Positions 33,866-44,200 of a DNA stretch of 44,712 nucleotides are shown here, piece by piece. How positions within the stretch are numbered: the first letter of the stretch is position 1; each line of letters begins with the position of its first letter. The translations under genes were made by a program, and so were the position numbers. The notes under the pieces were generated by a model. It did not search any database and was not told the origin of the DNA. It was given only the letters and a program-made list of their open reading frames with translations. Source of the DNA: Solirubrobacteraceae bacterium (GTDB lineage Bacteria; Actinomycetota; Thermoleophilia; Solirubrobacterales; Solirubrobacteraceae); the NCBI GenBank assembly GCA_036264565.1, contig DATAQR010000002.1, forward strand, positions 1-44,712, given 5' to 3'.

Positions 33866-34768
33866 CTAGTCGGACACGGCCTGCATGGCGACTCCCAGCA
33901 GCGGGTCTTGGGCGTCGGCCTCATGCGCCGCCTCAGCAGCGGCGATACCAGCGCGCAGGCGCTCGGGTTCGCGCAGCATCTGGCGTTCTGTGAGCGGCTG
34001 CAGGACGCCGCGCAGGGCGATCATCGCGCCGACCCAGCGCGGTGCCCACAGGCGGTCGGCGCGGCGTTCGATGCCGCGCTCGATCGCGTCGATCGCCTTC
34101 GACAGAGGGGCCGGGTTGCGCATGAACGCCGGCATCCGGCCGGTCATCGCTTCCGCTGAGGGCTGTTTGAAGCTGGCGCGGACGAGGTCGGTGTCGATGA
34201 AGCCGAAGTAGGCGCAGCCGACCTTCGCGCCGGTCGGCGCCGTCTCCATGCGCAGGGCGTCGGTGAGCGCCTCCACTCCTGACTTGGCTGCCGTGTACGG
34301 GCCCATCATGGGCGCGTGGGCGACGGCCGAGAGCGAGGAGATGTTCAGCAGGTATCCCTGTTTCTCGGTGATCTGAGCGATCAGCGCGCGGTCGGTGCGC
34401 CAGACGCCGAGAAAGTTGACGGCCAGCGTGCGCTCGACCTGCTCGATCGGGGCGGTGGCAAGCGGGCCGGTGTAGGCGATGCCGGCGTTGGCGACGCCGA
34501 TGTCGATCGAGCCGAAACGCTCGACGGTCGCGCTGACAGCGTGCTCCAACGCGTCCAGGTCGGTGACGTCGGCCTCCAGCGCGATCGCCCGCTCGCCGAG
34601 CTGAGCGGCAAGCGCCTGTAGCCGCTCGGGCTCCAGGCCGACGAGCGCTACGTTGGCGCCCTTGCCGTGCAGTCGCCGCGCCGTCTCGGCGCCGATGCCA
34701 CGGGCGGCGCCGGTGATGAAGGCGGTGCGGCCGCGTACGACGTACGGCGTCGAGGGATTGCGTCTCAT
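33866..34768 (-). CDS. Short-chain dehydrogenase/reductase
   Basis: TGAARGIG, ANAG, ISS, YTAAK catalytic motif. Confidence 0.93.
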   Translation of the reverse strand: MRRNPSTPYVVRGRTAFITGAARGIGAETARRLHGKGANVALVGLEPERLQALAAQLGERAIALEADVTDLDALEHAVSATVERFGSIDIGVANAGIAYTGPLATAPIEQVERTLAVNFLGVWRTDRALIAQITEKQGYLLNISSLSAVAHAPMMGPYTAAKSGVEALTDALRMETAPTGAKVGCAYFGFIDTDLVRASFKQPSAEAMTGRMPAFMRNPAPLSKAIDAIERGIERRADRLWAPRWVGAMIALRGVLQPLTERQMLREPERLRAGIAAAEAAHEADAQDPLLGVAMQAVSD

Positions 34769-34886
34769 CGACTGTCTCCTGAAGGTTGGGTGCCCATTGA
34801 TGCCGATCGGAATCTACCTGCCGCTCAGGGCAGCAGGCGCTGTCGCGTAGACGACCGTCTTGGTTGTGCGGGTTTTGAGGAGGAGG

Positions 34887-34958
34887 TGCGCCGTGCGGGA
34901 CTCGAACCCGCCCCGCCGGATTAAAAGTCCGGAGCTCTACCCGATGAGCTAACGGCGC
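34887..34958 (-). tRNA. tRNA-Lys(UUU)
   Basis: GCGCCGT acceptor; anticodon arm CCGGA-CT-TTT-AA-TCCGG; GGTTCGAGTCC T-arm; no encoded CCA. Confidence 0.93.
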
Positions 34959-35039
34959 GCGAGCACGTCAGTGTGGCAGATGAGCGCCAGCAGCGTCAGG
35001 GGCGGACGGGGCCGCACGGGCCGCACTTGCGGCTGGCGC

Positions 35040-35471
35040 TCAGTCGATCGAGCCCGGCTTCGCCACCCACACGCTTTCGATCCCGAGCGCGCGACAGAGC
35101 GGGTCGAAGTGGCGGTCGTAGTGCAGGACGCCGGCGGCACGCCCGGCGGCCGCGGCCGCGATCAGGTAGTCGGCGGCCGGGATGCGGCGCTCGCCGCGCA
35201 GCTCGCGCGTGACCCCCCACGCCGCCGCACCTGCAGCGCGCGTGACGTGAGCGGTGGGTAGCCGTGTGAGGGTCTGGTCAAGCGCCGCGAACTTCGCCTC
35301 GTTACGGGAGCTGGCCAGAAGCTCGAGCGCGACGACTGGGCAGACGGCGAGTAGATTCGCTTCGGCTGTGGCTTCCCAGCGCTGCTGTACCGACGGGTCA
35401 CGCTGGCGGTTCCAGGCGGAACTGTCAAAGACGAGCAACGTTCCTGAGCCGTAGGGCTCAGCGTTCGGCAT
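35040..35471 (-). CDS. VapC-family PIN toxin
   Basis: LVFDSSAW, VALELL, ADYLIAAAA, VLHYDRHFD conserved acidic residues. Confidence 0.9.
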   Translation of the reverse strand: MPNAEPYGSGTLLVFDSSAWNRQRDPSVQQRWEATAEANLLAVCPVVALELLASSRNEAKFAALDQTLTRLPTAHVTRAAGAAAWGVTRELRGERRIPAADYLIAAAAAGRAAGVLHYDRHFDPLCRALGIESVWVAKPGSID

Positions 35472-35703
35472 GTAGTTGCTCGGAGATGGCGAAGTCGTAG
35501 CCGTCGTCTTCGCCGCTTGAGATGCGCAACAGGTGGGCGATCGCTTCCTGGCGCCCCTCATGCTCGTCGCGGAGCGCCTCTGCGCCGCGCAGCGCGAGGT
35601 CGTGGACGGTGCGCGACTTCGACTTGCCGTTGCCCAGCTCGGTCACGGCGGCCGCAAGCTCGGAATCGAGCGGCACCTGGACTCTGGGCGTTGCGGTCGG
35701 CAC
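35458..35703 (-). CDS. Putative VapB-type antitoxin (RHH-like)
   Basis: 81 aa; PRVQVPLDSELAAAV RHH-like N-terminus; overlaps vapC; TGG-TACACT -10 box just upstream. Confidence 0.75.
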   Translation of the reverse strand: MPTATPRVQVPLDSELAAAVTELGNGKSKSRTVHDLALRGAEALRDEHEGRQEAIAHLLRISSGEDDGYDFAISEQLHAER

Positions 35704-35780
35704 GCCCGTCAGTGTACCACAAAGTGGGTCGTACCGACGACATTACGCTACAAAGCGCGAGGCCGAGCGTGCCGGCGCCC

Positions 35781-37205
35781 TCACCGCAGCCCCAGCGTGT
35801 CCAGCGGCTCCGCCGTCGGGCTCTCGCCCGCGGCCACCTGCAGCAACTCCTCGATCCGCGTCAGCTTGACGCGCGGGCGGCCGTGGGGCTCGCCCAACGA
35901 CTGCTCGTGGCTGTCGATTGCCGACCAGCCCTCGTAGGTCACAAGCGCCGGGTGGCGCAAGCGCAACAGCTCCTCGATCCGCTCGGGGTCAGGGTCGGCC
36001 GGCTTGAGCTGTCTGCCGGCGGCCAGGTCCTCGAGCAAAGCGTCCACCGTCTCCTGGGCATCCTTCTTGTTGGTGCCGATCACGCCGGAGGGGCCGCGCT
36101 TGATCCATCCGACCACGTACTCGCCGATCTTGACGCCATCGGGGCCGACTACACGACCCCCCTCGTTGGGGATCGTCGCCGAGCGCTTGTCGAAAGGGAC
36201 GCCCGGCAGGGCGACACCCCGATAGCCGATCGCCCGCAAGACTAGGCCCGCTTCGATCGCCTCGGTCGCTCCCGTCGGCACAGCGCGCAGGGATCCCGAC
36301 TCGCTCGGTTGCAGTGCATTTCGCGCCATTACGACGCTACGCACACCATCCTCCCCCCCAAAAAACTCGATCGGGGAGAGCAGGAAGCGCAGGACGATGC
36401 GGCGGCGAGCGCGCGCTCCGCGCGCGGTGCTCGGAGCCACCGGGCGCGCCGCGTACTCGCGCAATACGCGCACGTTGCGTTCGGCCGTTGGGTTCATGCC
36501 GGGATCCTGCACCGCCAGCGCCCGCTCCAGCTCGTCGGGATCGACGATCACGTCGGCATCGGCCAGCTCGCCTAGCTCCAAAAGCTCCGGGTTGGTGAAT
36601 GCCGCCTGGGCGGGGCCGCGACGGCCGGCGACGACGATCTCTTCGATCTCGCTGTCCTGCAACGCGTGCAGGGCGTGGTCGGCGATGTCGGTGACGCGCA
36701 ACTCGTCGTGCGTGAGCGTGAGCATGCGGGCGACGTCGAGCGCGACGTTGCCGTTGCCGATCACGATCGCGCGGCGGGCTGAGAGGTCGAAGTCGTGGTC
36801 GCAGTAGTCGGGGTGGCCGTTGTACCAGCCGACGAAATCCACGGCCGCGTGCGAGCCGGGCAGATCCTCGCCGGGGATGTCGAGCGGGCGGTCGCCGGGG
36901 GAGCCGGTGGCGTAGACGATCGCGTGGTAGCGCTCGGCCAGCTCCTCGCGGGAGATCTCGCGCCCCAGCTCGATGCCCCCGAAGAAGCGGAAGCGAGGGT
37001 GGGCGGCGGTCTTCTCGTAGATGCGCGTGACCGACTTGATCTTCGGGTGGTCAGGCGCGACTCCCGAGCGCACGAGGCCCCAGGGCGTGGGTAGCCGCTC
37101 GATCATGTCGACCTCGAGCTCCTGCGGCCCATTCTTGAGCAGATGCCCGGCGGTGTAGAAGCCGGCCGGGCCGGAGCCGACGATTGCGATGCGGATGGGG
37201 GTCAT
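35781..37205 (-). CDS. Ferredoxin--NADP+ reductase (FprA/adrenodoxin reductase-like)
   Basis: GSGPAGFY, GLVRSGVAPDH, GNGNVALD, GWIKRGPSGVIGTNK. Confidence 0.93.
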   Translation of the reverse strand: MTPIRIAIVGSGPAGFYTAGHLLKNGPQELEVDMIERLPTPWGLVRSGVAPDHPKIKSVTRIYEKTAAHPRFRFFGGIELGREISREELAERYHAIVYATGSPGDRPLDIPGEDLPGSHAAVDFVGWYNGHPDYCDHDFDLSARRAIVIGNGNVALDVARMLTLTHDELRVTDIADHALHALQDSEIEEIVVAGRRGPAQAAFTNPELLELGELADADVIVDPDELERALAVQDPGMNPTAERNVRVLREYAARPVAPSTARGARARRRIVLRFLLSPIEFFGGEDGVRSVVMARNALQPSESGSLRAVPTGATEAIEAGLVLRAIGYRGVALPGVPFDKRSATIPNEGGRVVGPDGVKIGEYVVGWIKRGPSGVIGTNKKDAQETVDALLEDLAAGRQLKPADPDPERIEELLRLRHPALVTYEGWSAIDSHEQSLGEPHGRPRVKLTRIEELLQVAAGESPTAEPLDTLGLR

Positions 37206-37225
37206 GAATGCGTTTTAGCGACTGA

Positions 37226-37299
37226 TGGGCGCGGCCCGACTCGAACGGGCGACCCCCTCGGTGTAAACGAGGTGCTCTGGCCAGCTGAGCTACGCGCCC
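37226..37299 (-). tRNA. tRNA-Val(UAC)
   Basis: GGGCGCG acceptor; anticodon arm CCTCG-TT-TAC-AC-CGAGG; GTTCGAGTC T-loop. Confidence 0.93.
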
Positions 37300-37321
37300 A
37301 AGGGGCCCTTAAGGTTAGGGG

Positions 37322-38014
37322 ATGAGCCGCGCGAGCCGTATTGCCTTGGCGGTCCTCGCGCTCGTGGTGGTGCTCGTGCTGCTCGCGCAGGCGCTGCTGC
37401 CGGGAGTCGCCGCCACGCGCGTGCGCGCGCGCGTGGAGCGTTACGGCCCAGTTCACTCGGTGCACGTCTCGGCCTTCCCCGCGGTCGAACTGCTGTGGGG
37501 CCAGGCGGATTCGGTCAGCGTGAGCGCGGGCACTCTGACGGCCACGCCGGCCCAGATCGCCTCGCTGCTATGGGAAGCGCGCACGATCGGCACGCTCACC
37601 GTTCTCGCGCAAGGGGGGGTGTTGCACACGGCACAGCTGCCGGGCGCGCTGGAAGTGAGCGACGTGCGTATGCAAAAGCGCGGGTCGTCGGTGCTCGCGA
37701 GCGCGACGATGACCCAAGCGCAGTTGCAGCGCGCAATGCCGAGCGGCTTCAGCGTGCAGCCGACGGCCAGCGGCGAAGGCGAGATCGAAGCACGCGCGTC
37801 GGGCGGTCTGTTCGGCCTGCAGGCGTCGCTGAACGTGCTCGTGCGCGCGAGCGAAGGCAACCTGATCGCGCAGCCGCGCGGCCTCCCGTTCGGCGGGATC
37901 GCGACGGTGACGCTGTTCTCCGACGCGCATCTGAAGGTGGAGTCCGTCGGCTTGCGGGTGATCAGTCGGCAGCCGCTCACCTATGGCCTGTTTTTGCGGG
38001 CGAGCCTGCGCTGA
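37322..38014 (+). CDS. LmeA/DUF2993-like membrane-anchored protein
   Basis: N-terminal TM; VHVSAFPAVELLWGQADSVSV resembles DUF2993. Confidence 0.6.
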   Translation: MSRASRIALAVLALVVVLVLLAQALLPGVAATRVRARVERYGPVHSVHVSAFPAVELLWGQADSVSVSAGTLTATPAQIASLLWEARTIGTLTVLAQGGVLHTAQLPGALEVSDVRMQKRGSSVLASATMTQAQLQRAMPSGFSVQPTASGEGEIEARASGGLFGLQASLNVLVRASEGNLIAQPRGLPFGGIATVTLFSDAHLKVESVGLRVISRQPLTYGLFLRASLR

Positions 38015-38026
38015 GCGCGGCGACGC

Positions 38027-38060
38027 GCTTTGCTGACGGTTCGCTGCTGGACGGCAAAGC
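38027..38060. terminator. Hairpin between convergent genes
   Basis: gctttgctg/cggcaaagc stem. Confidence 0.45.
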
Positions 38061-38064
38061 CTCG

Positions 38065-39552
38065 CTATTTCGCGAACGCGCGGGGTACGTCTCTGGCCGC
38101 GGCCGCGGCGCGAGCGTGCACGGTCATCGGCAGGCCCTCGCGGGGGGAGATCGTCGGCATCTGGCGGTAGCTGAGCGCGAAGTCGCTCGGCAACTCCAGG
38201 CTGTAGCGCTGGGCGATCAGGGTGGCGATCGTGCGCACCTCCAGCTGGCCGAAGCGCATCCCGATGCAGGTGCGCGAGCCACCGCCGAAGGGTATGTAGG
38301 CCCCCTTGGGAATCTCCTTCTTCGCGTCCGGCGAGAAACGCTCGGGGCGGAATGCCTCCGGCTCGGCGAAGACGTCGGACAGGTGGTGGGAGGCCCATGA
38401 GCAGTAGTTGACGTAGGCGTTGGCCGGGACAGTGTGCCCCTCGAACTCGAAGGACTGCACCGACTTGCGCGGGCCGATCCACGCGGGCGGGTACTTGCGC
38501 AGGGTCTCATCGAGCGTCATCTCCAGCTGTGCGAGCTCACCGCTCAACAGCTGCTCGGCGCTCGGCCGGCCATCGTGCAGCGCGGCGTCCTGCTCGGCCA
38601 CCAAGGCGTCGAGTAGGTGCGGGTGGCGGGCCAGCTCGTAGAACATGAACGAGACCGTTGAGGTCGTCGTGTCGTGGCCCGCGAACAGCAGCGTCATCAT
38701 CTCGTCGCGGATCTGCGTGTCGGTCATCCCCTCGCCGCTTTCGTCCTGGGCGTCGAGCAGCAGGCTGAGCACGTCCTCGCCCCGCTCTCCCGTCGTGCGC
38801 TTGCGGGCGATCTCGCCGTAGAGCATCTGGTCGAGCTTGTTCGAGGCCTCCTGCAGCTGCGCCCACGGTGTGCGCGGGCCGCGCAGGAAGCGGTACTGGT
38901 AGCCGGAGGCGTAGAACCACAGGGCCTGCTCGAACAGCGCGGCGGCGTCGATCGAACGCGCCGTCTCGCCGTCGGGCTCGATCCCAAACAAGGCGCGCAT
39001 CGCGATCCGCGTGGCCAGGTGTCGAGTCCAGGAGTAGAGGTCGATTCGCTGCCCGGGCCGCCACTGATCGAGCGCCCGTTCGGTCTCCTCTCTCATGACG
39101 CCGATCGAGGCGGCGATCCGCTCGCGGTGGAAGGCGGGAAGCATGATCTGGCGCGAGCGCTTGTGGTAGGCATCGTCGGTCGTCAGCAGCCCGTCGCCGA
39201 GCAGCGCGATCAGATCGCGGAAGTGCGATTCGCGCCAGGTGAAGTTGGCGGCGTGCGAGACCGTGATGTAGTGGTTGGCGGCGGGCCCGAGCATGAAGAC
39301 GACGTTGGAGTGCAGGATCCGCAGCGTGAAGATCGGCCCGTAGCGCTCGTAGCCTTCGAGCAGGAGGGGCAGGGGCTCGTCGATGAAGCGCTTGGTGCGG
39401 GCAAGCGAGAAGCCGGTGTCGCCGGGCGGGTAGGGCACCGTGGCGGCGCGCTCGTCGGCGAGGTCCTGGATCAGGATCCGGAAAGGGTTTTCGTGGCGCA
39501 GGCGGGGTGGGCGCAGGGCGGTGCGTGCGGCGGTCGACGCGGCGGTGGCCAT
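38065..39552 (-). CDS. Cytochrome P450
   Basis: FAGHDTT I-helix, ETLR, PERF, PFGGGSRTCIG heme motif. Confidence 0.96.
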   Translation of the reverse strand: MATAASTAARTALRPPRLRHENPFRILIQDLADERAATVPYPPGDTGFSLARTKRFIDEPLPLLLEGYERYGPIFTLRILHSNVVFMLGPAANHYITVSHAANFTWRESHFRDLIALLGDGLLTTDDAYHKRSRQIMLPAFHRERIAASIGVMREETERALDQWRPGQRIDLYSWTRHLATRIAMRALFGIEPDGETARSIDAAALFEQALWFYASGYQYRFLRGPRTPWAQLQEASNKLDQMLYGEIARKRTTGERGEDVLSLLLDAQDESGEGMTDTQIRDEMMTLLFAGHDTTTSTVSFMFYELARHPHLLDALVAEQDAALHDGRPSAEQLLSGELAQLEMTLDETLRKYPPAWIGPRKSVQSFEFEGHTVPANAYVNYCSWASHHLSDVFAEPEAFRPERFSPDAKKEIPKGAYIPFGGGSRTCIGMRFGQLEVRTIATLIAQRYSLELPSDFALSYRQMPTISPREGLPMTVHARAAAAARDVPRAFAK

Positions 39553-39709
39553 GGGAACAGATTACGCGCTCCGCAGCCGAGTTGGCTGGCCGGCCAGCTT
39601 GGAGCATGGTTGGTGCGTTGGTGACCCGACGGCGGAGGGTCCGGGTGTCGGCGGCTGCGCTGCGATACTCTGCTCAGGCGTATGGCCCGCGCGGGCCGCA
39701 CGCACGCGC

Positions 39710-39783
39710 GGGGGCGTAGCTCAGTTGGTTAGAGCGCTGCCCTGTCACGGCAGAGGTCGCGGGTTCGAGTCCCGTCGCTCCCG
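39710..39783 (+). tRNA. tRNA-Asp(GUC)
   Basis: GGGGGCG/CGCTCCC acceptor; anticodon arm CTGCC-CT-GTC-AC-GGCAG; GGTTCGAGTCC. Confidence 0.95.
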
Positions 39784-39829
39784 CTTCGCGTCTGCTGGCT
39801 TTCGCTGTCGGGGGTGCTTGACGCTTGTG

Positions 39830-39843
39830 CGAACATATGTTCG
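39830..39843. promoter_or_regulatory. LexA (SOS/Cheo) box CGAACATATGTTCG
   Basis: Perfect Gram-positive GAAC-N4-GTTC palindrome just downstream of a TTGACG -35 box (39818) and upstream of imuB. Confidence 0.92.
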
Positions 39844-39866
39844 TGTCGATTCGCGGATCTTTCCCG

Positions 39867-41048
39867 ATGATCGTGTGTGTGTATCTCCCGAGGTTCGGGT
39901 TGGTGAGTGTGGCTGGGGGACCCGAGGCGCTGGTGGGACGGGCGTTGGCCATCGCGCCGGTGCCTGGTGGGTCGGCTGTGGTGGGTCAGGTATCGGGTGG
40001 CGCCGAAGCGTCGGGTGTCGTGGAGGGTATGGCGCTGACGGAGGCGTTGGCGCGCTGCCCGGAGCTCGTTCTGGTGCCGGGCGATCCGTTGCGGGTCTCT
40101 GGGGCGTGGGAGGGTACGGCGCGGGCGCTGGAAGGGATCGGCGCCCAGCTCGAGCTTGGTGATCCGGGCATCGCATATTTTGACGCGACCGGGCTGATCC
40201 GGTTGCACGACGGTCTTGATGGGGTGATCGCTGCTGCTCTTGGTGCTGTCGGGCGGTCTGCTCGAATTGGTGTGGGGCCGACACGTTTTTGTGGGTTGGC
40301 GGCGGCGCTTGAGTCCCGTTCCCGTCGTCCGCGGGTGATTGAGGAGGAGGGGACCGTCCGGTATCTAGCGGGCCGCCCGGTGGGGTTGCTGTCCTTCCGG
40401 GAGCAGACTGCGGCGCTCGTTTCGACGTTGGAGCGTCTGGGTATCGGGACGCTCGGGGCGCTGGCGAGCCTCGGCGCGAATATGGTCGCGGATCGTTTCG
40501 GTGAGCCGGGTGTGCTCGCCCGGTGTCTCGCTCTCGGTCAGGACACGCCGCTGCGCATCCGCCGCGTCGAGGATCGCGTGCAGGAGTCGGTAGGACTGGG
40601 CGAGTCGAGCTCCGTGCGGGCGCTCGATAGAGCTCTGGTCCTGCTCGTCGATCGGCTGCTCGCGCGGCCCGAGCGGCGCGGGCGCACGATCAGGGCCGTC
40701 CTGTTGTCCGCCTGTCTGGTGGAGCGCGGTACGTGGTGTGAGACGGTGGTTTTCCGTCAGGCACTCTCTGACCGGCGGCGTATCTGGCTGGCCTTGTCGC
40801 TGCGGCTCGCACTGCTACCGGCGCCCGCGGAGTCGCTTGGCCTGACGGTGGAGCGTTTCGGTCCCGCGACTGGTGACCAGGACACTCTGCTTGACGGTGA
40901 GCGGACCGCGCGCATCGCACGGTTGCGCGACGCGGTTGCGCAAGTACGGGTCCTCGCCGGCCCCGACAGTGCGCTGCGTGTGCTGCCCGTGGACCCCGAC
41001 TCGCGTGTACCGGAGCGACGGTTCTCCTTCACGCCGTTCTCACCATGA
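39867..41048 (+). CDS. imuB: ImuB-like Y-family polymerase homolog (probably inactive)
   Basis: VCVYLPRF, SGVVEGMALTEALARCP, AYFDATGL, LERLGIGTLG, RFG; lies upstream of dnaE2 and downstream of a LexA box. Confidence 0.85.
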   Translation: MIVCVYLPRFGLVSVAGGPEALVGRALAIAPVPGGSAVVGQVSGGAEASGVVEGMALTEALARCPELVLVPGDPLRVSGAWEGTARALEGIGAQLELGDPGIAYFDATGLIRLHDGLDGVIAAALGAVGRSARIGVGPTRFCGLAAALESRSRRPRVIEEEGTVRYLAGRPVGLLSFREQTAALVSTLERLGIGTLGALASLGANMVADRFGEPGVLARCLALGQDTPLRIRRVEDRVQESVGLGESSSVRALDRALVLLVDRLLARPERRGRTIRAVLLSACLVERGTWCETVVFRQALSDRRRIWLALSLRLALLPAPAESLGLTVERFGPATGDQDTLLDGERTARIARLRDAVAQVRVLAGPDSALRVLPVDPDSRVPERRFSFTPFSP

Positions 41049-41287
41049 GTAGGAGTCAGACACCGAACATTCCCCGCTCCATTCGGGCGCACGCCCCTTC
41101 GGGCACGCCTGTCACGGTTGACGGGCAGGCGGTCGAGACGGTGCGGGAGTCGTGGCTGGTGCAGGATCGCTGGTGGACCGAGCAGCCGGTGCAACGCCGC
41201 TATTGGGAGATCCTGACCATTGCGGGGCGCAACGTGGTCGTCTTCCACGACCTCGTCAGCGGCCGGTGGTACACACAGGCGGCCTGA
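41045..41287 (+). CDS. Small protein resembling a stand-alone ImuB C-terminal (DUF6504-like) domain
   Basis: ESWLVQDRWW...RRYWE...VFHDLVSGRWY; ATGA-coupled to imuB. Confidence 0.75.
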   Translation: MSRSQTPNIPRSIRAHAPSGTPVTVDGQAVETVRESWLVQDRWWTEQPVQRRYWEILTIAGRNVVVFHDLVSGRWYTQAA

Positions 41288-41293
41288 GCGCAC

Positions 41294-44200
41294 ATGCCTG
41301 GCACGCCACCATACGTGGAGCTTCACTGCCATTCCGCCTACTCGTTCCTGGACGGCGCATCGTTGCCCGAGGAGCTGGTGCATCGCGCGGTGGCGCTGGG
41401 CTATGGCGCACTTGGGCTAACCGACCACGATTCGCTGGCCGGGGCGATGGAGTTCGCGATGTCAGCCCGGGACACCGCGCTGCGGCCGATCTTCGGGGCT
41501 GAGGTCACGGTCACGATCGGTTCCGTGAGCGCGGCGACGGTGTATCGCACGGGCGATGAGGGGGCGTATCGCCACCTCACGTTGTTGGTGAGGGATGCGG
41601 CAGGGTGGCGGAACTTGTGCCGGCTGTTGACCCTGGCGCACGCTCATACCCGCGACTCGCCCGACCGTCATGCGGGCCAGCCGAGCGTCCCTATCGAGCG
41701 TGTGCTCGAGCACGCGCAGGGCCTGGTCTGCTTGTCGGGATGCGCGACCCACGGAGTCCGGGATGAGGCGACGCTGCGCCGGCTGCGCGACGCGTTCGGC
41801 CCGGAGGGTCTGCGCATCGAGCTGCAACGGCCCTACGCCCGCGGTGATCGTGCTCGCATCCGCGAGCTCGTGCGGCTGGCTGGAGGACTTGGCGTACGGA
41901 CGGTCGCCACTGGTGATGTCCATGCTCATACGCGGATGCGGGCGTTGCTGCAGGACGCGTTCGTCGCTGTCCGGGAGGGTCTGACCCTCGATGGCAGCGA
42001 GGTGCAGCGCCGTCCAAACCATTCTCATGTGCTCACCCGTCCGGACGCGATGGCGGCCCGGTTTGCCGGGCTGGGCGAGGCGGTGGCGGAGACCGTCCGC
42101 CTGGCGGAAACGCTGACGTTCAGCCTGATCGGGGACCTCGGCTATCGCTACCCGGGGTCAGAGGACCACGAGGCCGCCCGGGCGCTGCGGGAAAGCTGTC
42201 GCGCCGTGTTCGACGAACGCTACCCGCAGGGGCACCCGTGCCGCTCGGAGGCTGCCGGCAGGCTGGAGGAGGAGTTGCGCATCATCGACCGTCTCGGTCT
42301 CTGCGGGTTCTTCCTGTTGCACCACGAGGTCCTCGAGCTCGCTCGGGAGGTCGCCGTCGAGGTCCGCGGGCCCGACACTGCCAGGGCGCTTTTGCCGCCG
42401 GGTCGGGGCCGGGGGTCCTCGGTGTCCTCGATCGTCTGTTATCTGACGGGTCTCTCCCATGTCGACCCAATCGAGAACGGTCTGGTGATCGGCCGGTTCC
42501 TGCACGATGACATCGTGGGTATGCCGGATATCGACATTGATTTCCCGCGCGACATCCGCGCGCGGTTGATCGCTCGTATCCCCGAGCGCTACGGGCACGA
42601 CCGCGCCGCGCTCGTGGCGGCGTTCCCGACCTACCGTTCCAGGGGCGCGATCCGCGAGCTGGGCAAGGCGCTCGGGTTGCCCGCCGGCGAGATCGAGCGC
42701 GTCGCCCGCAGTGCCGATGGGTGGGGTGGGCACGGCGGCGTGAGCGAGGACATCAGGGCCGCCCTCGGTCCACGACGCTCAGAACACGGTCGCTGGGCGT
42801 GGTTGGCGCGGCTCGCGCACGAGGCGTATGGACTACCGCGACATCTCTCTCAGCACCCGGGTGGCATGGTTATCTCCACGCGTCCGCTGATCGACTGCGC
42901 TCCGATCGTGCCGGCACAGATGGCGGAACGCCAGATGGTGCAGTGGGACAAGGACTCCTGCGCGGATGCCGGATTCTTGAAGATCGACCTGCTCGGTCTG
43001 GGAATGCTCTCCGCGGTGGAGCGCTGCGTGGACACAATCGCTCGTACCCGTGATGAGCGGATCGACCTGTCGCGTATCCCCCTCGATGATCCCGAGACGT
43101 TCGCGATGATCGGGCAAGCGGATACGACCGGGGTGTTCCAGATCGAGAGTCGCGCGCAGATGGGCTCGCTGCTGCGCACCCGTCCCGCGACGCTCGAAGA
43201 CCTCACGGTGCAGGTCGCGCTGGTACGACCCGGACCGATCGTTGGTGGTGCCGTGAACCCGTATATCGAACGTCGCCAAGCGCTCCTGGGAGACCCCGAC
43301 TACCAGGTCCCGTACCTGCACCCCTCGCTGCAGGGGCCGCTGGCGCAGACGTTGGGCACGATCATCTTCCAGGACCAGGTGATCGAGGTCTCCCGTGCGT
43401 TCGCGGGGTTCACTGCTGGGGAGGCCGAGGGGTTGCGCCGCGCGATGAGCCGCAAGCGCTCACAGGAGGCCATGGACGCCCACTACCAACAGTTCATCGA
43501 AGGGGCACGCCGCACCCATCCCGACGCTAGCGAGGATGTCATCGAGCGGGTGTGGCAGATGACGGTCGGGTTCGCGGGGTTCGGGTTCCCCAAGGCCCAC
43601 GGGGTGGCGTTCGGCTTGCTCGCGTATCAATCGACATGGTTGCGCGTCCACTACGCGCAGGAGTTCCTGTGCGCGCTGCTCAACGAGCAACCGATGGGGT
43701 TCTACCCGCCAGACTCGCTGATCCACGAGGCGCAACGGCGCGGGATAACGATCCTCCCACCCGACGTGAACCGCAGCGACGCGGAGTGCTCGCTCACCGC
43801 AGAGGGCGCGATCCGCATAGGTCTCGCATACATCAAGGATGTCCACGAACAGGACATCGCACGGCTCCTCGCCGCGCGTGAGGAGTCGGGGACGTTCACG
43901 GACCTTGGGAATCTCGCCGCGCGCGCCGGTGTGAGCACCCCCACCCTGGAGCGCCTGGCATGGTCGGGGGCCTGCGACCCACTGGCGGGCGGTGGCGCTC
44001 ACGCGCGCCGCACCGCGCTATGGCAACTCGGGGTGGCCACCCCCGCCCACACGAGCGCGACCGGGCGCCAGCTCGCCCTGCACCTCCCACTCCCCGACGC
44101 GCCCAGCCTGCCGGGGCTGGGCGATTGGGAGGCGATGCTCGCCGACTACGCCGCCACCGGCGTATCCGTGAAGCGTCATCCACTATCGCTGCTGCGCGAC

